DNA from: Eledone cirrhosa
Lineage: Eukaryota
DNA: 64,000 nt
NCBI GenBank assembly: GCA_964016885.1
Contig: OZ024740.1
Coordinates: 43,772,001 to 43,836,000, forward strand
Direction of reading: 5' to 3'
Shown here in pieces: positions 40,837 to 52,755 of the stretch. A program made the translations under genes and the position numbers. The notes under the pieces are model-generated. The model worked only from the letters and a program-made list of their open reading frames with translations, made no database searches and was not told where the DNA came from. Position 1 is the first letter of the stretch. Each line of letters opens with the position of its first letter.

Positions 40837-41048
40837 GTGTATAGGGACAGGTGTTGCTGTATATAGGGACAGGTGTTGCTGTATATAGGGACAGGTGTTG
40901 CTGTATATGGGGACAGGTGTTACTGTATATAGGGACAGGTGTTGCTGTATATAGGGACAGGTGTTGCTGTATATAGGGACAGGTGTTGCTGTATATAGAG
41001 ACAGGTGTTGCTGTATATAGGGACAGGTGTTGCTGTATATAGAGACAG
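40837..41048. repeat. Minisatellite, 22-bp unit GTATATAGGGACAGGTGTTGCT, ~9.5 copies
   Basis: Direct reading. Confidence 0.95.
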
Positions 41049-41215
41049 CCATGGCTCTGTGGATAAGGAGTTTGCTGACAATCACCTAGTCTCGGTTTCA
41101 GTCCTAGTGCGCGGTACTTTTGGCAAATGATATCTCCTACAGACTTTAGTTGAGCAATGATTGTGAGTGGAATTTGGAAGTGGGATGATGTCTGGAAGCC
41201 CGTCGTACAGATACA

Positions 41216-41266
<51 letters not shown>

Positions 41267-41319
41267 GTGTATATATAGATGTATATACATGTATATATAG
41301 ATGTATATATATATATATA

Positions 41320-41523
41320 TAGGAACGAGTAGGACCCCGACGGCTGAGCTCAAGCCGTTTCGACGGCTAATTCTGGACTAAAATTTAGTCCAGAATTAGC
41401 CGTCGAAACGGCTTGAGCTCAGCCGTCGGGGTCCTACTCGTTCCTATTACCCACTCTACTACCCTAAGTATTGAGTACTTTGGTGCGTTATGGACCACCT
41501 GGTTCCTTACCACATTTCCTTCG

Positions 41524-41526
<3 letters not shown>
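41320..41526 (+). mobile_element. Fold-back family A copy with near-perfect ~125-bp palindrome
   Basis: 41320-41382 is the reverse complement of 41385-41446; (TA)n on both flanks. Confidence 0.85.
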
Positions 41527-41569
<43 letters not shown>

Positions 41570-41575
<6 letters not shown>

Positions 41576-42370
41576 GTAAGTATGTATGTATGTATACGTA
41601 CATACATATGTGTATACAGACGTACAGTGGTATGTATATATATACATACATGCACACATATATATATGCACGTATCGGTCTACCGAACATTTATTATAAT
41701 GCTCGGTTTGTTTGTAAACAAACAAACAGCCCGAATTACGCCGTACAGTGTTCAGGCAGCCACGTCACCTTTTTGTTCAACACTAACATATATGTGTGCA
41801 TGTATGTATATATATACATACTACTGTACGTCTGTATACATATATGTATGTACGTATACTTACTTATATTTAAGTAACAGCCGTACTAAGAGTGAGAAAT
41901 GAAATTTCGTTTCATTCTATTCCATTTATCGTTTTCGGTGCGCCCGGCCGACTAAACTCACTCGATATGCAAATTAGGCTGCTCAGCCGTTAATATGCAC
42001 AAGGAAAGTATATACTTTCAGACGTTCAACCATCTGCAGAAAGGTATACGATGCTGACGATAGCTAATAAGCTTGAAACTCGTACATCGTTCCTGTTTCA
42101 GTGTTGAACAAAAAGGCGACGATGGTTGCCTGAACACTGTACGGCGTAATTCGGGCTGTTTGTTTACAAACAAACAAAACGAGCATTATAATAAATATTC
42201 GGTAGACCGATGCGTGCATATATATATGTGTGCATGTATGTATATATATACATACTACTGTACGTCTGTATACATATATGTATGTACGTAGACATACATA
42301 CATACTTACATTTAAGTAACTGCCGTACTAAGAGTGAGAAATGAAATTTCGTTTCATTCTATTCAATTTA
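41570..42370 (+). mobile_element. HHR-bearing non-coding repeat family C (retrozyme-like; ~442-nt unit, partial tandem plus inverted copy)
   Basis: ccgtactaag at 41881 and 42323; 41570-41785 is an inverted copy of ~42100-42313; no ORF. Confidence 0.75.
42048..42090 (+). ncRNA. Minimal type-I hammerhead ribozyme, canonical core
   Basis: acgatg-CTGACGA-tagct(aata)agctt-GAAAC-tc-GTA-catcgt. Confidence 0.85.
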
Positions 42371-42397
42371 TATATATATATGTATAAATATATATAT

Positions 42398-42788
42398 AAT
42401 TGTTTCTACTTTTGGCACAAGGCCAGCAAATACCCAGTGCATTACTGGTACTTTATTTTATCAACCCCGTAAGGATGAACGGCAGAGTTAACTTCGGCGG
42501 GATTTGAACTCAGAATGGCAAGGACCATAACTCTATGCGTCAAAGCATGGCGTCCGACCCTCTACCGATACTGCCAATCCACCGCCCTATATATATATAT
42601 AATTGTTTCTACTTTAGGCACAAGGCCAGCAATTACCCAGTGCATTACCGGTACTTTATTTTATCGACCCCGTAAGGATGAAAGGCAAAGTCAACCTCGG
42701 CGGGATTTGAACTCAGATCGTACAGGGACGTAACTATGCTGGAAAACATGGCGGCGACCCTCCACCGATACTGCCAATCCACCGCCTA
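42398..42788 (-). mobile_element. Two tandem full-length family-1 SINEs
   Basis: Copies at 42398-42588 and 42600-42788. Confidence 0.92.
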
Positions 42789-43919
42789 TATAATGGCTAC
42801 ATCTCAGTTTCAAGAAATGCCATCCCTTAACCTTTTTCTCATACATAGGTTGCACCAACATGAGATTTTAGTCGTCGCAAGGACTTAAATTCCTCACTGC
42901 ATACGCTGCATTGAAAGTATTAAGAATAGTCCATGCTCACATACAATACGTGAAGGTTGTTTAGATCAACTGATGCCTATACTTGAAGATTTATTAAGTG
43001 AAGAAAGGGCTTTGCACTAAACCAATCTTTCTCTGAACAACGATAACGATTATCCAAAAATAAGAACGCCATTAGCTGCTCTCAAGTTACAGGTTTTACA
43101 TCAGAGAATTCTTTCTCCTGGAAAGATGACCTGTGCGTGGGGACATAGAAATACTCGGTTTGGTGCCCGTGCGCGCGATTAGCCCACCGGGAGTGAGAAA
43201 GCCCTAATTCTAGTTGTATATATGTATGAATGTATATACATACATTCATACATTCACCCAAAGTGAATACTATGTTGGTTTGTATATATATTTTTTCTTC
43301 GACCTCGTGTCGGTGTGAGTGTGTGTGTACTCACTCACACTAACTGTGACCGACTGTAATTCTAAAGATTTGATGTTGAGATTAGACCGGTCCAGCGTCT
43401 TTTACAGCTATTGAGAGATACAGACTTGATAGTCTTATGAGCCTAACTGAGGACGATAGCAGCCGGCATGTTTTGGCTGCTTAATCTTCATATGGAGAAC
43501 AAAACTCTGTGAGTGAACATCGTTAAATTTTCTCCCTCATATCAAGGATTTGAAGACAATTGATTGTCACTTGACCAGATTAGTGATAATCGATCATGGC
43601 CGCACGATCGGTCTATCTCTTATTGAAACATGTGTCGCGATTAAAATGATTGGAAATTCATACCATGCCTTCGGATCTTTATTTTGATATATATATTATT
43701 CATATAAATTATTGATTTATTGATATTTTAGCTGAGTGACCCGAATCTTCCTGGTCGTTATTTTTCGGCTGCATGGGTGATTTTAGGCATAATCTTTGTG
43801 TGTTGGTATTTTAACGATAGTTATAGCTCTGATTTATCTGAATTATTGAGCCCTCTGCCACTCATGTCGGATTTGTTTATCGTAAATTCGTGAGCTGATT
43901 TTCCGATACTCGATTATTC

Positions 43920-43977
<58 letters not shown>

Positions 43978-43983
<6 letters not shown>

Positions 43984-44633
43984 CGCCAAAGATTCGATTT
44001 TACTAAGCATCCAATTATATTATTTTCTCCTAGATTTAATAATTAGCTAATTAATTTAATTAGACAATTCTGTTGATTTGTCAATTATTTGTGTTTGTTT
44101 AATAACATCTGGCCGAGAGCTTATTCTGATAGTTAGCGGAAATTATAATATTTCCGTTTTTCTAACATTTTGAATGACCCGCCAAAAACCGGGGGTTATT
44201 TCCCTTACTGGAAATAACACGTGACAACTAAATATACGATTAACTGCTGATAGCGGCAACATTTAGCATCTAGCCCCGTTCTTTGATAGAACGAAAACCT
44301 GTTGATGAATTGAATCCTCTGTTCGATCATGAATACCACGAGCTTGCCAGTTACGTAAGTCTGATATTTGATTTCGGATTCATAGAAACACTTTAAACGT
44401 ATAACGTTTGATTTGTCCAGGTGTATTTTTTCTTATCCTGTTAGTTCTTTCGTTACTTTGGTATTGTGTGTTAGATTTTGCCTACCACAGTGTTCAATTT
44501 GTCAAGCTATTTAAACGTATGTTATTACTCTAAGGACCTACCTTGTCGAGTGCTTTGCTAACTCATTCATATAATAGGTCGAATTTGCTTGCACACCGCC
44601 AAAGATTCGATTTTACTAAGCATCCAATTATAT
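43978..44633 (+). mobile_element. Non-coding repeat family B, ~613-bp unit with ~43-bp terminal direct repeat
   Basis: gcacaccgccaaagattcg at 43978 and 44591; homologous to the reverse complement of 20202-21073. Confidence 0.7.
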
Positions 44634-44654
44634 ATATATATATATATATATATA

Positions 44655-45713
44655 AACAACAACAGCCATCCGCAGAGCTATCAGACGCGAGGGACTAGAT
44701 ATCCAACTGGCCCACTCAGGTCCTTCTCTACGCGGACAGCTAACCAAAAGGCACTCCACCAGACACGACAACTGCTGCAGGCTAGCCAACTGCCCCATCA
44801 ACGACACAGACCTATGCCACCAGGCTTACGTCGTATACAGACTAGAGTGTGACAAATGCAGCAACTTCTACGTAGGTAGCACCACCATACCACTCCACAT
44901 AAGAATAAAAGAACACCTCAATACTAACGCTTCCTCATTTAAGAAACACCTAGTTAAATGCAAAAACCGACAAAACCATAACAGTTAGGATAGAAACTAA
45001 GGAAAGAAACCTCGACAATCTTAGAATTAAGGAAGCACTAATTATAGACAAAACACAACCACCAATCAATAATAGACTAGAACTCAACACCCAATTTATA
45101 ACTTGATAGAGCTTCTAGCCCCATATTTACACACCACCACCCCACACACACACACGCACACACACACACACGCACGCACGCACACACACACACACACGCT
45201 TACACCTCCACTTATTCTCTCTCACACACACACATACACACACAAAGACCAGTTCTAACACGAGATAACATCTATCCCCCACATTTAGGTATATACATAT
45301 CTTCTCACTCTCACACACACACACTCACATACTTACACCTTCATGCATTCTCCCACACACTTAAACAGGCATGTACAAAAAAAAACCTTTAAAGGGAGAC
45401 TACTCTTTATCCACCTAACCTTAACTCTTTGACATTAGAGATAGAACAGATACTCTATACCATTTCCTGTCAGCATGACTTGGCAAGCTATTTAGAACAC
45501 TGGTTTAACCGCTTTACTTCCCTTCGAAGAAGAGATATTATCTCGAAAATTAAGGACATTTAAATAAATGTAAGGTAAAAGACTAATTGTCAACAATATC
45601 TTTTGCAATTGCATTCTTTATTCTATGTCCATACCTGCATTGTTTTGGCTTTATTATACATATACAAACGTTTTACCTCATTACACAATGCTTCAAGTGA
45701 ACTATAACCTCCT

Positions 45714-45715
<2 letters not shown>
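44655..45715 (+). mobile_element. Penelope-like element 3' fragment (GIY-YIG) with HHR-like motif at 45521-45555
   Basis: 44821-45106 encodes VVYRLECDKCSNFYVGSTTIPLHIRIKEH...LRIKEALII...PPINNRLEL with one frameshift. cct-TCGAAGA-a-gagat(att)atctc-GAAA-AT-TA-agg. Confidence 0.85.
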
Positions 45716-45770
<55 letters not shown>

Positions 45771-45771
<1 letters not shown>

Positions 45772-46712
45772 CAGTTAATTCAACATATCCGAGTACAATT
45801 GTTTCATCTTAGTCGGATCATCAACTCGGTTTATTGAGATTGTACGGAACGGGAAATACAATTGCACGAATACGCATGAGCAGAAGAAATCACTTTCTAA
45901 AGGGGATTCAACCCACGTTAGGTTGGTGTGGGGATATAACTGGGGAAACTCAGAATAATAGAGTATTCATTCTGGAGCTTTGTAATTACGTAATAGGTGT
46001 TTCGAAACGTGCGGACAACGCGAGAAAAGCTCATATCTTGATTTAGATAAACGCTATTACACACTCTTCAGAACATTGATTTTTTTCTTTAATGCACAGG
46101 CCACAAAATGGATTTCCATTTCCGTATGACTTAGAATTAGTAATAACTATCCATTGAATCCACGCATGCATTTTTGAGGGACCGTATGTGGACGATCGAA
46201 TGTCGGCAGATGATTCAGGAATCGTTCTTTAAACCAGCACTCCGCCATACCTACATATGATTTGACCTCTTGTTGTTGATTTGGTCAGTTAGAAGTGACC
46301 ACAGCTTCGTAAATTACAGTGGGTGTATTACATTGTTCTTGAAGGGGACAAGCTTCATGCCTTTGTCAAGCACATCTTGGAGGAGTTCTGCTCTTAGCGC
46401 TGTTGGTGATGTGGGGCTTCATATTCTTAGCACAGGAATAACCTAGTTTCCTATGACCTCTGGGGAAGTGCCGATCTAAGAGAGCTAAATATCTTTTACC
46501 TACATTAGTTTTAACGTTGAGTGAGAAGGCGGGAGGGGGGAGGGGGGGGGTTATTTTTCTCTTAGCACGATTTTTTATTGTATTGTTGTTGGAAGTAAGG
46601 GCGTAAGCAATTGGTTGTGAGAAGCCGCTGTTAGCTAATGCCGCGTTGTAATAGAGGGCCGCTCTGTCAATGATTGTTTTATTAGAAAATAGATTAGAGA
46701 TTCCAGTGCCGA
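45771..46712 (-). mobile_element. Penelope-like element 3' fragment (thumb plus GIY-YIG)
   Basis: YNAALANSGF, PAFSLNVKTNVGKRYL..LDRHFP, YSCAKNM and CPLQEQC..PTVIYEAVV...SYVGMAE..FKERF.NH motifs. Confidence 0.85.
45789..45829 (-). ncRNA. Minimal hammerhead ribozyme in PLE 3' end
   Basis: ccgag-TTGATGA-tc(cgactaa)gat-GAAAC-aatt-GTA-ctcgg; palindromic ACAATTGT. Confidence 0.75.
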
Positions 46713-46726
46713 TATATATATACATA

Positions 46727-46865
46727 TAACAAAGGAATTGTGGTAAGGAAACAGATGGACCATAACGCACCAGAGTACTCAATACTTAGGGTAGTAGAGT
46801 GGGAAATAGGGAAAAGTATGACCCCGACGGCAGAGCTCAAGCCGTTTCGACGGCTATTTCTGTAC
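46727..46865 (-). mobile_element. Family A copy without fold-back
   Basis: Matches the reverse complement of 50832-50964. Confidence 0.8.
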
Positions 46866-46919
<54 letters not shown>

Positions 46920-46929
46920 CGCGTGTGTG

Positions 46930-46976
<47 letters not shown>

Positions 46977-47704
46977 TTATAGTTATGTATATGTATGTGT
47001 ATGTGTATGTGTATATATGTATAACCGAGTATGTATGCGTATAAGAAGTTATGTGTGTACGGCCATACATGCAAGTAAATTGACTCAGCTAATACACATT
47101 ACTCTATTAAAATAGCATGATATACTTATGTATGTGGGTACACGCATGCTTCTACATGCACAGCTACACAAATATCAGTGAACACAAATAGAAGCGTCTA
47201 TGTATATATATGTCTGGGCACACATATCACCACACCTGCGTGTGTGGCAGACACACGCATTATTAAAAAAATAGTCGCAACTTTTAGGTTAATACTGAAA
47301 ATTATAAATCATCTTACTGATTGATATAATATTACTAATATAATCTAATTTTTATATTGTTTTTTCTTAACATACTACATAGTTGGAATTAAAATTGGTC
47401 GTATCTTTAGATAAGTGTTATTAAATTAAGAAGCCCTTATCTCAATCCTGTAATGTTTATTCGAGTCAAAATACGAGTATTGAATATAACAATCGAACTC
47501 ACCACAACATAGTATACATGTATATATGACTAAAAATTCTATATTACGCGTCTAGTCTTCCATAATTTCCACACTATATGCAAAACTTGTTTATGTTTTT
47601 GGATTTTTATGCTTGGAGTAACCGGATATGTGGTTGGTATATTATATAATGGTTCTGGCGATTTTTATACTCAGGAATTAAAGACTACCTCCTTCTGTAT
47701 TTGT

Positions 47705-47885
47705 ATGTGAAGTCTAAAATCCGAAGAGGGCTCCATAAGGGTAATATATATATAAAATATATAAAACCGTAGAGCAAAAAGGGCGAAAGCACCGATTCTT
47801 TGCTTAAACTTTAATCTGTTATTTTAATATATATATATATATTTATAATCCTTACCGAGCCCTCTTTGGATTTTAGTCTTCACAT
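47705..47885 (+). repeat. Short dispersed repeat family D (also at 48810-48925; partial at 1365-1420)
   Basis: Shared GAAAGCA..GATTCTTTGCTTAAACTTTAATC; partial inverted copy at 47843-47885. Confidence 0.7.
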
Positions 47886-48039
47886 TAACTATTACTAAAT
47901 AAATAAATATATATATATACGCGACTCCACCCATATATATATATATATATATATATATTTCTAACGATCGACTTTCGTCAAATCGGACCGAGGGAACAAT
48001 GTTTCGATTGGTCTTTCCAATTGCTAATCGGCCGCAACT

Positions 48040-48442
<403 letters not shown>

Positions 48443-48451
48443 GAGTGAAAG

Positions 48452-48758
48452 TATAAAGAAAAAGAGATGAAATCGAAAATGCAACTGAAGTCTTATTTTT
48501 TTAAAAAATATATATATTTATTTGGTTCCTTTACCGGTTTCGCAGTTCTTCTGCTTTTCAAAAGGTGAGTTGAGATGGAGGGTCTGTGGTTTTTCTCAGA
48601 TGTGGTTTTTCTCAGATGTGAGAAAAACCACAGACCCTCCATCTCAACTCACCTTTTGAAAAGCAGAAGAACTGCGAAACCGGTAAAGGAACCAAATAAA
48701 TATATATATTTTTTAAAAAAATAAGACTTCAGTTGCATTTTCGATTTCATCTCTTTTT

Positions 48759-48765
<7 letters not shown>
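48452..48765. mobile_element. Perfect ~147-bp-arm palindrome of repeat family E, one HHR per arm
   Basis: Arms at 48452-48598 and 48619-48765; single-arm copy at 51102-51252. Confidence 0.9.
48652..48689 (+). ncRNA. Minimal hammerhead ribozyme with U3:A8 core variant (also 48528-48565 and 51175-51212 on the minus strand)
   Basis: cctt-TTGAAAA-gcag(aagaa)ctgc-GAAAC-cg-GTA-aagg; palindromic ACCGGT stem III. Confidence 0.8.
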
Positions 48766-48800
<35 letters not shown>

Positions 48801-49595
48801 ATAATAATAAATGTGAAGTCTAAAATCCGAAGAGGGATCGATAAGGATAATATAAAATATATAAAACCGTAGAGCAAAAAGGGTGAAAGCAGTGATTCTT
48901 TGCTTAAACTTTAATCTGTTATTTTTATATATATATATAACGGACTACTGTGCAGTTTCTGCATACTAAATTCCATTCACAAAGCATTGATCAACTCGAT
49001 ACAACAGAAAAGGATACATGCGCCGTGGGACTGAACCCAGAACCATGCAGTAGCTAAACCAAATCCTTAACCACACAACCATACAACAATACAATCATGC
49101 CTGCTCTTATCTCAGATAATTGTATATGCTCCTTAGATTATGTTACAGCAAGCTACTAACCACTGCCTGTCAAAATGGTATTTCATTATAAATATATATA
49201 CGTGGAACTTCAGGAATGATAAAAGGCGACTCTCAAGTGGTATTGTCATGTTCATTTATATATACAAGCGTTGATTTCACTTGTATTTATCTGTGATACT
49301 AAATGTTTGTGTTGTGAAGATGTGGGGCTTAGTGGTTACGTTTTTCGGCTTTCGTTCGTAAGGTTATAGGTTTGATTCACGGCAGTCCCCTTTTGTCTTT
49401 GAACAAGACGCTTTATTTTACGATCCACCCATACACTCAGCTGGTCAAAATGAGCTGTACCTCTGATTCAAAGGCCAGTCTTGTGACACATTTTGTCGAG
49501 CTGAATCTCACCGAGAACTACATTACAACTCGTTTTTGCAAGCTGAGTGATCTAGAGTAACATGACATGCACACACACACACACACACAGACACA

Positions 49596-49690
<95 letters not shown>

Positions 49691-49885
49691 TCTCTCTCAC
49701 ACACACACACATGCACACACAAAAGAAAAGAACAACATTGTGATGTTAAGCGAAAGAGGAAAGAAAGACAAAGTACAAGAAAGTAGATAGAATGATGGAA
49801 TTCACATCACCGAAACTGACGGATTCTCTATCATCAATGTTTTAAAAAGTGATGAAATTCTTCGTAACATATTAACATACCAAAT

Positions 49886-50300
49886 AGGGCAGTGGATTGT
49901 CAGTATCGGTAGAGCGTCCAACAATCTGCTTCGTGGCATAGAGCTATGACCCTTACGTTCTGAATACAAATCCCACCAAAGTTACCTTTGCCTTTCAACC
50001 TTTACGGGATTGATAAAATAAAGTACCAGTAATGCACTGGACGGGATTTAATCGATATTCCCTTTCCTCAAAATTGTTGGTCTTGTGTCGAATATCAGAA
50101 ACCATTATTAATATGTGGATTGGCAGTATCAGTAGAGGGTCGGACGCCATGCTTTCCAGCATAGTTATGTCCCTTTACGATCTGAGTTCAAATCCCGCCG
50201 AGGTTGACTTTGCCTTTCATCCTTACGGGGTCGATAAAATAAAGTACCAGTAATGTACTGGGTAATTGCTGGCCTTGTGCCTAAAGTAGAAACAATTATT
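49886..50300 (+). mobile_element. Two tandem family-1 SINEs (older long form, then young short form)
   Basis: Copies at 49886-50110 and 50115-50300. Confidence 0.88.
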
Positions 50301-50730
50301 AATATATCGAATAGACGGAAAATTACGAGACGAGGAGATCCGTACTTGAAATGTATAAATGCTCTTATGTAAACCCTAAAATATATTTTAAGTATACACA
50401 TGTTTGTCTAGTTGAGGAACTCTCTTCGTTTCCACGTGGTTTATGGTTCACACCCGCTGCGTAACAGGTTATACCTCTGTCATGGGTTGGACAATGCCCT
50501 TTGCGTGATATTTGGTAGCAAGAAATTGTGTAGAAGCCCTCGTATATAGAGATCGAATTTTGAGCTAATCAATCGCGAAACGCGCGTCACACCTGAATAA
50601 ACATAATGAAAATCTGACACCTAGCCCTTACTTATTATGTTAACGTTACCTTTCATCCTTACGGGCTCGATAAAATAATGTACCAGTAATGCACTGGGAT
50701 AATAGCTGGCCTTGTGCCAAAAGTAGAAAC

Positions 50731-50776
<46 letters not shown>

Positions 50777-50779
<3 letters not shown>

Positions 50780-50964
50780 AAAATATATGACCCCGAGGGC
50801 AGAGCTCAAGCCGTTTCGACGGCTATTTCAGAAATAGCCGTCGAAACGGCTTGAGCTCTGCCGTCGGGGTAAAACATTTTCCTATTACCCAGTCTACTAC
50901 CCTAAGTATTGAGTACTCTTGTACGTTATGGTCCATCTGGTTCCTTACCACAGCTCTTTCGTTA
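50777..50964 (+). mobile_element. Fold-back family A copy
   Basis: Palindrome centred at ~50830 (ggctatttc-a-gaaatagcc); TA flanks. Confidence 0.85.
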
Positions 50965-51013
50965 TATATATATATATATATGTATGTATATAACTATATG
51001 AATGCACATATAC

Positions 51014-51105
<92 letters not shown>

Positions 51106-51299
51106 AAAAAGAGATGAAATGGAAAATGCAACTGAAGTCTTGTTTTTTTAAAAAATATATATATTTATTTGGTTCCTTTACCGGTTTCGCAGTTCTTCTG
51201 CTTTTCAAAAGGTGAGTTGAGATGGAGGGTCTGTGGTTTTTCTCACATCTCGTATATATATATATATATACGTATATGTGCATTCATATAGTTATATAC

Positions 51300-51335
<36 letters not shown>

Positions 51336-52023
51336 AATTGTTTCTACTTTTGGCACATATAAGTATATATATGTGTATGTATGTGTGTGTCGTACACTAG
51401 CCGTTTGCAAAGAAGATCGCTAAAATAAGCACGTAACTTGAAGCAACATACCACTGGGTCGATATGATCTATTAAATCCCTTTACGGTGATGCTCTGGCA
51501 TGGCCGCAATTTAATCACTAAAAGAATAAAAGAATGAAAAATAAAGAACCATTCACCATAAATCGAAGAGAAAAACACATTTGTGTAAATATGAACGACA
51601 ACTGCCTTCCGTATTTCTTCCTTGATAACATCATTTATTTACATGAAATCCTATTATTACGTAGGAATGAATCAATGGATGTTCTTTCTCATCCTATTTT
51701 CAAAAATTTTAAATCCGCACACACACGGAATGCAAAATAACGAAGCTAATAAAAATCATTTTCTATTATATTTAAGAATCACTTTGAACGTGACTAGAAC
51801 AAGAAAGTAACCCATATAATTTGCTAGAAGAATATATAATGAACAACCCGCAATGACAACGGAGTTTAGTTTTTTTTAAATATATATTTTTAATTTATAC
51901 TCATCCAATGTCTTGCTTCATGATATGAGAGAAATGTTGTCAGAGAAAGCAACTGCATACACTTTGTTCGTAATTATTACAGCAAACATCTTGTCTGCGT
52001 GTAGCTTCAATAAACAATAAATG

Positions 52024-52146
<123 letters not shown>

Positions 52147-52224
52147 CACATACTTACAAACATACATACGTACGTACATATATAGATACATAGCTACATT
52201 CATACATACATACATACATACATA

Positions 52225-52755
52225 CATTTATGGTGTTCTGACAGCATAGTATTTACATTAAGAACAAGGTGTAAATATTTCATGGAGTTGTTGCCACCGT
52301 TGATAACAAAGAGATTCCTCGGAGCGAATAATAGAATACATGATGTTTGCATAGGTTGTGCAATGTTGCATGGTATTGAATGCAGAGGATGTGAGAAGGT
52401 TAGAAAGAAATACACCTACCATGCTCAGTTGAATGTGTCACGTTTGTGTACATGAATGGGTATAAGAAGAATCAGATGTTGTGTGCAAGAAAGGAGACTT
52501 TGTCAATGTTTACATATAATATGTGACCATGATGATAGACGAGTAAAAAAAATGTAGGACATCCAAGTGGAAGGAAGGAGTGAAAAAGGAGGACCAAGAA
52601 AGACATGGATAGAAGTGGTGAAAGCTGATCCCACGATGCTGAATATCACAAAGGAAGTGACAAAGAAATACATAAGTAAAGATGCTGTGCGGGAGAGGAC
52701 CCACCTAACTTGGGCAAATATAGAAAAATGGATGTAAAATTGAGGATGATGATAT
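52225..52755 (+). mobile_element. Degraded RTE LINE 3' fragment
   Basis: AEDVRRLERN, VQERRL and VEGRSEKGGPRKTWIEVVKAD motifs; (GAT)n tail. Confidence 0.75.

Noticed and set aside
40837-41048. CRISPR-like regular repeat
   Set aside because: Contiguous 22-bp units with no unique spacers and no cas genes; eukaryotic context.
42920-43181. Near-open reading frame with one stop
   Set aside because: No recognisable motifs, so it cannot be assigned.
43215-43925. Further HHR candidates (CTGAGGA at ~43446, GAAAC-atgt-GTC at ~43625); also GAAAC-gcgc-GTC at ~50577 and CTGATGA at ~8354
   Set aside because: Only half of the core is present or stem I cannot be formed; at best decayed.
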